From: Trueperaceae bacterium
Lineage (GTDB): Bacteria; Deinococcota; Deinococci; Deinococcales; Trueperaceae
Length of the DNA: 64,000 nucleotides
NCBI GenBank assembly: GCA_965213925.1
Contig: OZ243927.1
Span: forward strand, 3,360,001-3,424,000
Reading direction: 5' to 3'
In this document: positions 51,228-60,509 of the stretch, in pieces
Layout of the letters: every line of letters begins with the position of its first letter
How positions within the stretch are numbered: position 1 is the stretch's first letter
Made by a program: the position numbers and the translations under genes
The notes under the pieces: generated by a model
What the model saw: only the letters and a program-made list of their open reading frames with translations
Told to the model about the DNA's origin: nothing
Databases searched by the model: none

Positions 51228-51821
51228 ATGGCGCGGGTCGGTCAAGTGGTCGAGGGGGCAAAGACCAAGATCGTCTTTGTAGAAACCTCAGCCGATACGG
51301 GCGGGGCACGGCTCACCTTCAAACAGTTCGTGCAGCCGGGTTCGCCCGCTACCCCCGAGCACCTTCACCCTAAGCAGGCTGAGCACTTCAAGGTCTTATC
51401 TGGGCGAATGGGCGTCCGCGCGGGCGGCGCCGAGAGGGTTTTAGGTATAGGGGAGTCGGTCACCGTCCCGCCCGGCGTAGCTCACGCCATGTGGAACGCC
51501 GGGCAGGAGGTGCTGGAGCAAGAGATCCGGCTCGAGCCCGCCCTCAAGTCTGAGACCTTTTTCGAGACCGTCGTCGGCTTAGAGAGCGAGGGCATGGTGC
51601 CCGAGAGCCGCCCCACCTTTAAGCAGCTTCTGCAATTTTCGCTGATCGCGCCCTACTATGAGAACCCGGTAGCAGCCATCCCTCTCAGACCTCAGCGTGT
51701 GCTCTTCGCCCTGCTAGGTGTAATCGCACGCTCACGGGGCTACCGCCCCTGGTACCCGAAGTACAGCCCCTACGGTCCCGTCACCTTACGACAAGGGCGT
51801 TCCGGCGCTCGAAAGGAGTAA
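51228..51821 (+). CDS. Cupin-domain protein
   Basis: PEHLHPKQAEHF.V.SG and VPPGVAH; start re-assigned to ATG 51228. Confidence 0.82.
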   Translation: MARVGQVVEGAKTKIVFVETSADTGGARLTFKQFVQPGSPATPEHLHPKQAEHFKVLSGRMGVRAGGAERVLGIGESVTVPPGVAHAMWNAGQEVLEQEIRLEPALKSETFFETVVGLESEGMVPESRPTFKQLLQFSLIAPYYENPVAAIPLRPQRVLFALLGVIARSRGYRPWYPKYSPYGPVTLRQGRSGARKE

Positions 51822-51825
51822 TATC

Positions 51826-52767
51826 ATGGCAGAAGCGAAAGAATTACACGTCGTCTTCGGTGCGGGTCCCGTAGGACTCGCGACCGTGAGGGCACTTCTG
51901 AGACGTAATCACCGGGTACGCGTAGTGAGCCGTAGCGGAAAACTGCCACCTACATTCGAAGGCGTAGAAGTTGTCGCCGCTGACGCCCTTAACCCAGTAC
52001 AAGCTAGGGAGGTTGTCAAGGGCGCGCACGTGGTTTACCAGTGCGCTCAGTCCGCTTACACCCGCTGGCCCCGAGACTTTCCGCCCTTGCAGCGCGCTAT
52101 TCTAAACGCCACCGCCGAGGCTGGCGCTAAGCTCGTTCTAGCCGACAACCTCTACATGTATGGTGAGGTTCATGGCCCTATCCACGAAGACCTTCCTTAC
52201 GCCGCCGCGACCCGCAAGGGCAAGGTGCGCGCGGCGATGGCGGAAGAGGCACTCGCCGCCCATCAAGAGGGCAGGGTGCGCGTCGCCGTCGGACGAGCTT
52301 CGGACTTCTACGGGCCGTTCGTGCTCGAGTCGGCGCTCGGTGAGCGGGTCTTCAAGCCGCTGCTCAAGGGCAAGTCCGCGCAGCTCGGCGGGGACATCGA
52401 CCTGCGGCACAGCTACACCTTTATCCACGACTTCGGTGAGGCCCTGGCTATCTTAGGTGAGCGTCAGGAGGCGGACGCTCAGGCGTGGCACGTGCCCAAC
52501 GCGGAGGCGCGCAGCACCCGTGAGCTGGTCAGTCAGGCTTTTGCTATCGCCGACAAAAAGCCTAAGATGAGCAGCGCGGGGCGCACCGCCATGCGACTCA
52601 TCGGCCTTTTTAACCCCGGCGCGCGTGAGAGTGTCGAGATGATGTACGCCTATGAAAAACCTTATGTGGTGGACGACGGCAAGTTCAAGCGGGCGTTCGG
52701 GGACATCAGCACGCCCTTCGAGGAGGGGCTCGAGCAGACCTTGTCATGGTATCAGCAGACACACTGA
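51826..52767 (+). CDS. NAD-dependent epimerase/dehydratase (atypical SDR)
   Basis: VFGAGPVG, DNLYMYG, RASDFYGP. Confidence 0.85.
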   Translation: MAEAKELHVVFGAGPVGLATVRALLRRNHRVRVVSRSGKLPPTFEGVEVVAADALNPVQAREVVKGAHVVYQCAQSAYTRWPRDFPPLQRAILNATAEAGAKLVLADNLYMYGEVHGPIHEDLPYAAATRKGKVRAAMAEEALAAHQEGRVRVAVGRASDFYGPFVLESALGERVFKPLLKGKSAQLGGDIDLRHSYTFIHDFGEALAILGERQEADAQAWHVPNAEARSTRELVSQAFAIADKKPKMSSAGRTAMRLIGLFNPGARESVEMMYAYEKPYVVDDGKFKRAFGDISTPFEEGLEQTLSWYQQTH

Positions 52768-52819
52768 AGGGCGAATCACAGGGCGGAGTAGCGTCTCTTG
52801 CCTAGCTGTAGAAGAGGTG

Positions 52820-52853
52820 CTACTGCGTCAAACGCGCACGTCTCTCGCAGAAG
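52820..52853. repeat. 34-bp dyad site S6
   Basis: CTACTGC GTCA AAC GCGCAC GTC TCTC GCAGAAG. Confidence 0.8.
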
Positions 52854-52953
52854 CCCCTACGCAACTCGCAGCCTGATCTCCTTGCTACATGTAAGCCGTA
52901 CAGCGCCGGGTAAGGCAAAAGCTCCGCTGACACGAGGCTGTTACACTAGCCGG

Positions 52954-53475
52954 ATGATCTTCTTCAACTCCTGGGCAGATATAGGGCGCGTGCTGCTGGT
53001 CGGTCCGCTCGCCTACCTCACCCTCCTGCTGATGCTGCGCGTTTCGGGCAAAAGGACGCTCTCGAAGCTCAACGCCTTCGACTTCATCGTCACGGTCGCT
53101 TTGGGCTCGGTGCTGGCGAGCACGCTCTTGAGTAAAGATGTGGCGCTCGCCGAGAGCGTCGCGGCGCTGGCTGTACTCATCGTCGGTCAGTTCATCATCA
53201 CCTACTTGTCGGTGCGTTCAAAACGCTTCCAGGACTTCGTCAAGGGGGAGCCAACGCTTCTCTATTACAAACAGCGCTTCTTAGAGGCGCAAATGAGGCG
53301 TGCGCGTGTGACGAAAGAGGAGGTGAGGGCGGCGGTGCGGGCGAGCGGGCAGGGGTCGCTCGAGCAGGTCGGGGCGGTGGTGCTCGAGACAGATGGCAGC
53401 TTGTCGGCGGTAGGAGATTCAGAGAGCAGCGCTAGCGGGTGGCTTGCGAACGTCGCTGAGCCTGGAGAGGCTTGA
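52954..53475 (+). CDS. DUF421 (YetF-like) membrane protein
   Basis: RVSGKRTLSKLNAFDFIVTVALGS, VVLETDGSLS; leaderless start (TACACT-N6-ATG). Confidence 0.88.
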   Translation: MIFFNSWADIGRVLLVGPLAYLTLLLMLRVSGKRTLSKLNAFDFIVTVALGSVLASTLLSKDVALAESVAALAVLIVGQFIITYLSVRSKRFQDFVKGEPTLLYYKQRFLEAQMRRARVTKEEVRAAVRASGQGSLEQVGAVVLETDGSLSAVGDSESSASGWLANVAEPGEA

Positions 53476-53493
53476 GCCGGAAACTTTGTAAGT

Positions 53494-53527
53494 CTTCTAT
53501 GCGAGTTATGTGCGTCTGCTGCAGAAT
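53494..53527. repeat. 34-bp dyad site S7 (degenerate), start of a longer inverted homology with 57345-57492
   Basis: CTTCTAT GCGA GTT ATGTGC GTC TGCT GCAGAAT. Confidence 0.7.
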
Positions 53528-53766
53528 GGTGCATCCGGTTAATCTCGCGCACGCTTCGGAAGTGGCTTTCCGTATTGCCAGCGCAAACCACTGAGAAAAC
53601 ACCTTGCAGCGGACTTAAAAGATGCACCAACAGCGACCTAGAAGTAGCACGTTGGAAAATTCAACGATTCGAACTCGTATCCTGCAAGGACCGTCCGCTT
53701 ATTCAAGGGGTGGGCAAGCCCCAATTGTATTCACCTCGTGGAGAAAGCAAAAAACTCGACCTCCGC

Positions 53767-55824
53767 TCAGTCTGAGACCGCCACCGGCGCCGACTCGGTG
53801 GGGCGGTAGCGTGCCACCATCCGCGACCAAATCAGGTTGCTCTGGATGCGCGCCTCCAGCACAGCGAGGTAACGCTCGAGCCCCTCATCCGCCGGGCCGA
53901 ACGAAGGTCGCTTCAGCCGCTCCTCGCGGAAGTCCGCGACAGCCTGGTGGTACATCTGCGCCGCCCGGCTCATGGACTCGGGAAGGGAGCCCCCATATTC
54001 TCTCTGTAGTGCGAGCACAAGGTTGTGAACGTCGTCGTGGTGCAGCTCTTTGTTTAGTGAAAAGAGGTCGTTCGCCCAGCACACCGCCTGGTCCGCGAGC
54101 AGATTCAGCCGGGTCACGGTTTGATGCTCGCGCACTTCCTGTGGCAACCAGACGCCGTCAGCGAGTTCGATAAAGGCGGCGTCGATCGAGAGGCCCCCGG
54201 TCACGGGATGCAGGATCAAGTAGCTCGCTAACTCGGGCGGGCTATTCCGAGTCCGGTTCGACGCTTCCCAGACCGTCGCCGCCATGAACGCTTTAACGGT
54301 CGCGCAGAAGCGGGCAAACCACTCGGGTGTGCCGTGCACACGCAGCCGCGCGCCCAGGTCGAAGAGGAGCTGCGCTACCGGTCCCTCGCGCTCGTCGGGC
54401 GGCGTCCCTGCCAGAACCGTAGTCAAGCGGGCGTTCATCCTTTGCAAACGTGCGGGATCGTGACCCACCTTGTCCTCGTCGCAGAGGTCGTCGTAAAAGA
54501 ACATCCACAAATACCAGTCGGCGATGAGTTGTTTGACCTCTTCGCTCGCCTCCCGGTGGATAGTGCTCGCAAGATAGCCGGGGCGGATCGCGGCGACGAG
54601 ACGGTAGAGGTCGCGCTTCGAGGCGATGTCGAAACGCGCCAGCCACCTTACCGCGCCTCGGTCGAGGTGTTCGCTCAGCTCGGCGTCGTAGACGTCGTCA
54701 ACATCGGGCAGTGACGTCAGTTCAGGCGGCGGTAGACGCTCGACATATTTCCTCGTAAACGCCTCGACGCGGTTGCGCCCACCCGCTTTGCTCGCGTAGA
54801 GGGCTTCGTCGGCGCGTCTGATTAACGTGTCCGGCGTGTCCCCTGCCTGACAACTTGCGACGCCGAAGCTGGCCGTAATCCCCCCTATCTCGAAGGGGTA
54901 GTCCGCCACTTGGCGGCGCAGGCGTTCGGCTAAGACGCTCGCGCCTTCAAGTCCGGTGTGAGGCGCGAGGACGAGAAACTCCTCGCCGCCCCAGCGTCCG
55001 AATAGGTCGGTGTCGCGCACGAACGTCGCTGCTAGGTCCGCGACTTTGATCAGCACCTTGTCCCCCGCCTCATGACCGTGAATATCGTTGACCTGTTTGA
55101 AACGGTCGATGTCGACGAGGATGAGCGAGAAGGGGTTACCGTAGCGCTCGCCCACCGCGAACGCTTGAGCGAGGGAAGACTCGAGGGCGCGCCGGTTCGG
55201 CTTGCCTGTCAGTACGTCGAGGTAGGCGAGTCGCTCCATCTGAGCGAGCTGCGTCTGTAACGCTGCGATCTTCGTGCGCGAGAAGGAATAGCTGTAGAGC
55301 ACCCCCGAGTAGAGGGCGTAACTGAGATAGAACTCGGTCAACCCGCTAGGCAGTACGCTCGGAACGCCCCCGGAGGCTGCGAAGGCAGCCGCGAGCCCCG
55401 CTACCAGTGCGAGCGCGTAAATCGACGCTGTGTAGCGCAGCGCCGAGCGTTGCTCGAATAGTATATAGGCCAGTATGAAGATAGTCGGCGACCAGACGTA
55501 GAGCTGGACGAGCTCCTGTTGGGCGCTCGCCTGAGCGTAACTCAGATAGACGCTGGTCGCGAACTTGCCGATAAAAACAGCCGCCAGCACGCTGTAGACG
55601 AAATTCTCGATGTAAAGAAGCGCGGGCTTGCGGAGGTGAACGGCGAGGCTCGCGGCGAGTAGCAGTGCCGCTAAAACGGGTAAGACCAGCGCGTCGAAGG
55701 CGGCAGGCTGCCCGTCCTGGTAATCAACCCAATAGGTCGCCGCGACCGCGACGCTCAGCAGGGGCAGAACGACACGGTAAATCTGGCGCTTGATCGTCTG
55801 GTGGGTGGGTGAGGTCGTGTCCAT
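53767..55824 (-). CDS. Membrane diguanylate cyclase fused to a class I terpene synthase
   Basis: About 5-6 N-terminal TMs; GGDEF domain with DVLTG..NRR, DIDRFKQVND.HGH, RDTD I-site and GGEEF. C-terminal terpene cyclase with FFYDDLCD, WANDLFSLNKE, HNLV and WSRMVARY. Confidence 0.88.
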   Translation of the reverse strand: MDTTSPTHQTIKRQIYRVVLPLLSVAVAATYWVDYQDGQPAAFDALVLPVLAALLLAASLAVHLRKPALLYIENFVYSVLAAVFIGKFATSVYLSYAQASAQQELVQLYVWSPTIFILAYILFEQRSALRYTASIYALALVAGLAAAFAASGGVPSVLPSGLTEFYLSYALYSGVLYSYSFSRTKIAALQTQLAQMERLAYLDVLTGKPNRRALESSLAQAFAVGERYGNPFSLILVDIDRFKQVNDIHGHEAGDKVLIKVADLAATFVRDTDLFGRWGGEEFLVLAPHTGLEGASVLAERLRRQVADYPFEIGGITASFGVASCQAGDTPDTLIRRADEALYASKAGGRNRVEAFTRKYVERLPPPELTSLPDVDDVYDAELSEHLDRGAVRWLARFDIASKRDLYRLVAAIRPGYLASTIHREASEEVKQLIADWYLWMFFYDDLCDEDKVGHDPARLQRMNARLTTVLAGTPPDEREGPVAQLLFDLGARLRVHGTPEWFARFCATVKAFMAATVWEASNRTRNSPPELASYLILHPVTGGLSIDAAFIELADGVWLPQEVREHQTVTRLNLLADQAVCWANDLFSLNKELHHDDVHNLVLALQREYGGSLPESMSRAAQMYHQAVADFREERLKRPSFGPADEGLERYLAVLEARIQSNLIWSRMVARYRPTESAPVAVSD

Positions 55825-55918
55825 CTAAGCTCACGCTATCAAGCAAGGATATCCGGGAGCGTTAAATTTTGCGCACCTTCACCTGCGGGTACATGGTAAA
55901 AGCGCGAGGGGAGGACGG

Positions 55919-57283
55919 ATGCTCAGCTCAAAACGACAAGGTAATGTGCAAGGGCCGGGGGGCGTTCGCGCACTCGGGGTACTGCCTCGACTGCTCAGAC
56001 ACGACATGCTCAGCGTGCTCGAAGAGGCTAGAGAAGGTTACGGCGACCTCTTCAAGCTCCGCGTTGGCCCCGCCTTGCTGGTCATCGCCAGCCACCCGGA
56101 GCACGCCCGGCACATCTTACAGACGGCGAGTGCAAACTACACTAAAGGGCGGGTCTACGAGCCCGGTCGCCGCTGGATGATCGGCGACGGACTCATCGCT
56201 AGCACGGGCGAGCACTGGCTTCGCCAGCGGCGCATGATGCAGCCACACTTCCACCGCCAGCAGTTGGCGGGTCTCACGACCCTGATGACGGACGCGATTG
56301 GTGAAGCACTGGCGAGTTGGGAGCCTCGAGAAGAGGGAGCGACGCTCCACCTCGACAAGGCGACTGCGCGGCTCTCCATCAAGGTCATCACGCGCACGCT
56401 CTTCGGCAGCGGAGCGTTGAGCGAGGCGGAGATGGACGAGGTCGGGGCGGCGTTTTTGACGTTGATGCGGCAACTCACCCCACGTCTCTTCCTCTACTTT
56501 TTGCCGGAACAGCTTCCGCTGCCCGGCGACCGAGCACTCCGCAGAGTGAGACGAACAGTTGACGCGGCGATCTATAAACTCATCGCGGAGCGGCGGCGTA
56601 CACCTGGCGGGAACGACCTGCTCGCCATGCTCATGGGCGCGGTAGATAGGGAAGGAGCGGGTGAAGGGGGTGGCATGAGCGACGCGCAGTTGCGCAACGA
56701 AGTCGCCACCCTGTTCATCGCCGGATATGACACCGTTTCGACGGGTCTGACCTGGACCTGGCACCTCCTCAGTGAGCATCCCAGGGTGTTGGCGCGTCTC
56801 GAGGAGGAGATTGAGACAGCGTTGGGAAAACGAACACCGACCTTCGCTGACTTGGGAGCGCTGCCCTACACGCGCAACGTGTTGCGGGAGAGCCTGCGCG
56901 TGCGTCCGCCCGTCGGTATGGTGCCCCGCACGCTCAAAGCGGACGATGAACTGGATGGGCACCTTCTGCGTAAAGGCACGACGGTGTGGCTCTATATCTA
57001 CGGCATTCATCACCACGTCGACTTCTGGGACGCCCCGGAGGACTTCGTACCGGAGCGCTTCGAGTCCGACCAGAAACACCGCTTCGCCTATCTCCCCTTT
57101 ATCGCCGGACCTCGGCAGTGTGTCGGCAACGAATTCGCCATGACGGAGATGGCGCTGGCGCTGGTGATGACCGTTCAGCGCTACGAGGTTACAACTCTGA
57201 ACGACCCGCCCGCACTACCGCTACTCACCACGGTGCTCAAGCCTCGGTACGGGGTGCAAGCGAGGGTTCGCTCGCGAGCGTGA
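55919..57283 (+). CDS. Cytochrome P450
   Basis: I-helix AGYDT, ESLR (ExxR), PERF, heme motif PFIAGPRQCVG. Confidence 0.95.
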   Translation: MLSSKRQGNVQGPGGVRALGVLPRLLRHDMLSVLEEAREGYGDLFKLRVGPALLVIASHPEHARHILQTASANYTKGRVYEPGRRWMIGDGLIASTGEHWLRQRRMMQPHFHRQQLAGLTTLMTDAIGEALASWEPREEGATLHLDKATARLSIKVITRTLFGSGALSEAEMDEVGAAFLTLMRQLTPRLFLYFLPEQLPLPGDRALRRVRRTVDAAIYKLIAERRRTPGGNDLLAMLMGAVDREGAGEGGGMSDAQLRNEVATLFIAGYDTVSTGLTWTWHLLSEHPRVLARLEEEIETALGKRTPTFADLGALPYTRNVLRESLRVRPPVGMVPRTLKADDELDGHLLRKGTTVWLYIYGIHHHVDFWDAPEDFVPERFESDQKHRFAYLPFIAGPRQCVGNEFAMTEMALALVMTVQRYEVTTLNDPPALPLLTTVLKPRYGVQARVRSRA

Positions 57284-57458
57284 GATAGAGACCCATTCGC
57301 GTAGCGTTCAGCGATGCTCATGCAAAAACTCCGACTACGATGAAGCTAGACATTCTTGGTCCATCTTGAAAGTTCGTCGCAGAATGCCTATTCGACGCTC
57401 AGGGCTGATGACGTAGAAAGCTATTTTCAAAGTGTGCGCGAGATTTACCGGATGCACC

Positions 57459-57492
57459 ATTCTGCGGCGAACGCGCGCATTTCACGCAGAAG
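57459..57492. repeat. 34-bp dyad site S8
   Basis: ATTCTGC GGCG AAC GCGCGC ATT TCAC GCAGAAG. Confidence 0.82.
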
Positions 57493-57509
57493 CTCATGCC
57501 GAAGCCCTC

Positions 57510-58673
57510 TTAGTCTCGAGCCTCCGAACTCACCGCCCGCCCGACCTCGCGCGGCTGGAAGACCAGAACGCCCAGCATGAGCAGCGCACTCAGCCCAAAC
57601 AGGAGGGGCATTCCGAGCGCCGGGACGAGCGCCCCGAATACGGGCGGTCCCACCAACTGCCCCGCCGCGATGAGTAGAAAGGTTGCTCCTAGCCCGGTCG
57701 AGGGGCGCGAGCGGAACACGTTCACGCTCCAAACTGCCATGAGCCCGGTGATGAGAAAGAAGCCTGCCCCGAAGAGCGCAGCGGAGATGAAAGCTGGGGC
57801 GATACTCGAAGGGTTTAGCCCTAGCAGGGCTGTAGCGAGCGAGATGACGACCCCAGTAGCGGTGAAGAAGGTTCGCATCCCGAAGCGCGCGATCAGGTCG
57901 CCTGCTGCTACACCGACCATACCGGCTGCGCCGACGAGAACCCAGAAGAGCTGACCGACACTTGGAGGCAGCTGACCTACGGACACCAGCAGGTCGACTG
58001 CGAAGGTCCAGTAGACCGAGGCGACGAAGCCGAGCCCGAAAGCCGCCGCGAACAGGGGTCCAGAATGGGGGCAGACGAACCAGCTAAGACGTAATTTTGG
58101 CACGCTCACGGCCTCCACCGGTCTTGCCGGGAGCACCCACAAGTTCCATGCAGTCACGAGTAGGGCGAAGACAGCGAAGCATAACCACGCGGTGCGCCAA
58201 CTGCCGCTCAGAAAGAGCGCCACAGGTCCAGAGAGCAAGACGCCGAAGCTCGTGCCCGCGTTAATCCAGGAAAGCGCCCGGTCTTGCTCGCGCTCAGGCA
58301 CCTTCTGCGCCACCGCCTCGGGCATTGCCGGATAGACCCAACCCGAGCCGGTACCCGCCAGTAGCACGCCAACTGCCAAGACCCAGCCACTCGATGCGAG
58401 CGCGACCAGCCCCATGCCCAGGCAGGCGCAGAGTCCACCGATGAGGACGAGTAGCCTAGGCCCGGTGCGACTCGCCACGGCTGAGCTGACCGCTGTGGCG
58501 AGCAGGTAGCCCACGTACGAGCCGCTGGCGATAAGACCAAGCGTGGCAGGGCTCAGTCCTAAAGCCGCGCGGATATCAGGTAAGAACAGACCGTAGCTGT
58601 AGCGAGCCAGCCCGTAGGTGGCCGCGACGATCGCGACGCCCGCGTAGGTGAGTTGCTGCTGGGGGAGTTTCAT
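57510..58673 (-). CDS. MFS transporter (YbfB/YjiJ-like)
   Basis: About 12 TMs; YGLARYSYGLFLP. Confidence 0.88.
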   Translation of the reverse strand: MKLPQQQLTYAGVAIVAATYGLARYSYGLFLPDIRAALGLSPATLGLIASGSYVGYLLATAVSSAVASRTGPRLLVLIGGLCACLGMGLVALASSGWVLAVGVLLAGTGSGWVYPAMPEAVAQKVPEREQDRALSWINAGTSFGVLLSGPVALFLSGSWRTAWLCFAVFALLVTAWNLWVLPARPVEAVSVPKLRLSWFVCPHSGPLFAAAFGLGFVASVYWTFAVDLLVSVGQLPPSVGQLFWVLVGAAGMVGVAAGDLIARFGMRTFFTATGVVISLATALLGLNPSSIAPAFISAALFGAGFFLITGLMAVWSVNVFRSRPSTGLGATFLLIAAGQLVGPPVFGALVPALGMPLLFGLSALLMLGVLVFQPREVGRAVSSEARD

Positions 58674-58731
58674 GGCCTTATCTTCCCGCGGTAGGACTAA
58701 GGTGTCAATGAGGCTGCCGAGGGCGAACGGG

Positions 58732-58765
58732 TTTGTGCAATTGACGAGCGCGTCTCTCGCGGAAG
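58732..58765. repeat. 34-bp dyad site S9
   Basis: TTTGTGC AATT GAC GAGCGC GTC TCTC GCGGAAG. Confidence 0.72.
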
Positions 58766-58777
58766 ATACGCTCCCAC

Positions 58778-59002
58778 TCAGTAGTTTGGACGCTTGACGA
58801 GCAGCTCGCTACGCCCCACAATCTCTGGCTCGTAAACCTGCTCACTTCAGTCCTCCTCTGCGACCGGCTCGAAAGCGATGAAGATTGCGCCCTCACCAAC
58901 CCCGAGCGACTGCTGCACGGCTGAGGTGATAGCCTCAGCGAACTCCTGCTTCTCCTGGTCAGAGAGCGGTTGCGGAAAGTGTTTGATGTTGATGTGGGGC
59001 AC
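58778..59002 (-). pseudogene. 4-oxalocrotonate tautomerase family (PptA/YdcE-like) with an in-frame TGA (not in the ORF track)
   Basis: AAGGAG RBS, GTG-PHINIKHFPQPLSDQEKQEFAEAIT...EPVAEED*SEQVYEPEI...KRPNY. Catalytic Pro-1; TGA at 58847-49 where homologs have Trp. Confidence 0.75.
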
Positions 59003-59093
59003 AGTGTCTCCTTTGAGATGAGTCATTTATCGGTGAGCTTCCCCCGCGAATGAAATAGTGGAACTAGCTTCTCAATCCACTGAACTGCCCGCG

Positions 59094-60038
59094 CTACGCC
59101 GCCTCTCTGTTACCGAAGGTTAGAAAGCCTATTCCCAGCGCAATAAGAACACCTCCTATAGCCAGACCTTGCGGCATCGCCTCCCCAAGTAGGAGCACCG
59201 CGATAGGCACGCCGACCACCGCGCCGACCGAGCCGAGCAAGCTGAGATACACTGGTCCCCCGCGCTTCTGAAGTACGAAGAATAAGAGGAATTGGAGCGA
59301 AAAGGTCGCGACCTGAGCGAGGATGAGCAGGGCGGGCGCGGCGCGATCAAGGGGAACGGCGAGAGAGAAGCCTCCTGGGTTGCTGGGGATAACTCCTGCA
59401 AACACGCCAAAAACGAGAAGCATAAGCCCGGACACCGCGAGCATCCCAGGCGCGAGTTCGTCCGGAGCCGCACCCTCCGGCCAGCGCGCCGTCCGGTAGA
59501 TGTTGCCGACAGCGAGCAAAACCGGACCTAGCAGGGTCGCTGCGACCCAGAGCGGGTCTGCGTTCGGGTCGGAGAGCTTGAAGATAGCGAGCACAGCAGC
59601 ACCGCCTAAGGCGAGTACAACACCGGTCGCGCTGCGAAGTTGTAGACGCTCCATGCCGAGCAGCAGCGCCCCAAGGTAGGTAAAGAGCGGCGGGAAAGCG
59701 ATGGCGAGCGCCACGAAGCCAGCCCCGATGCGGGGCACGGCAGCGAAGAAAAGGAGATTAGGTACAGCGACGCTGATCAGCCCCGAGATGACGAAGTACT
59801 CGGTGGTGCGGCTGGTAAGTTGCGGAAGCCGGTGACGCGCTGCACCGACACCTACGAGCACGGCTGCGGCTCCGACCACCGACCAGGTGAGGAAGGCTAG
59901 CGGGTCGAGCCCAGACTGAGCAGCAAGTTTCGCGAGATTGGTCGAGACCCCGAGGAGTGCACCCGTGGCGAGCAGGAGAGCAAGCGGCATTAGCCATACG
60001 TAACGGGGCGGTGGTTTAGAAATTGAAATGTGAGACAT
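59094..60038 (-). CDS. EamA/DMT transporter
   Basis: About 10 TMs in two repeats, LLGME and LLGE motifs. Confidence 0.85.
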   Translation of the reverse strand: MSHISISKPPPRYVWLMPLALLLATGALLGVSTNLAKLAAQSGLDPLAFLTWSVVGAAAVLVGVGAARHRLPQLTSRTTEYFVISGLISVAVPNLLFFAAVPRIGAGFVALAIAFPPLFTYLGALLLGMERLQLRSATGVVLALGGAAVLAIFKLSDPNADPLWVAATLLGPVLLAVGNIYRTARWPEGAAPDELAPGMLAVSGLMLLVFGVFAGVIPSNPGGFSLAVPLDRAAPALLILAQVATFSLQFLLFFVLQKRGGPVYLSLLGSVGAVVGVPIAVLLLGEAMPQGLAIGGVLIALGIGFLTFGNREAA

Positions 60039-60077
60039 AGTGGTTCCTCTACAGACTCGGTGCAATACGCTTAGGGT

Positions 60078-60488
60078 TCACGGACGTAGCACGCCCACAG
60101 CTTCGATCTCCACGAGTTGACCTTCGTACGCCATCGGCGCAACAGGGATGATCGTGCAAGTCGGCTTCAGCCCTTCACCAAACGCCCTCTCGACTTCGGC
60201 GATGAGTGTGCGATGCTTGTCTTTATCATGCTCGGCGATAAGCACAGTGAGCTTCGCGATATCACCTAACCTGCCACCTGCCGCCTCCATTGCAATCTGT
60301 AGATTGGCGAGCACCTGCCGCACCTGTGTTTCAAAGTCGCTTTTGGGCGTGTTTCCGACCTGCCCCGCGACGAAAATCAACCGGGCACCTTCGGGCACCA
60401 CGGCAAGGTGCGAGTAGGCGTTGGCGGAGGGATCGTACAGCCCCTTAGGATTACTCAGCGTGAAGTTTCGGTCCTCTGCTTTGTCCAT
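60078..60488 (-). CDS. RidA/YjgF family protein
   Basis: YSH, IFVAGQVG, LVEIEA. Confidence 0.88.
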   Translation of the reverse strand: MDKAEDRNFTLSNPKGLYDPSANAYSHLAVVPEGARLIFVAGQVGNTPKSDFETQVRQVLANLQIAMEAAGGRLGDIAKLTVLIAEHDKDKHRTLIAEVERAFGEGLKPTCTIIPVAPMAYEGQLVEIEAVGVLRP

Positions 60489-60509
60489 ATCTCTATCTCC
60501 CTAATCTCT

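Noticed and set aside
56117..57079. 320-aa ORF antisense to the P450, and similar long shadow ORFs elsewhere
   Set aside because: Expected in high-GC coding DNA; no motifs, and fully overlapped by a well-supported gene.
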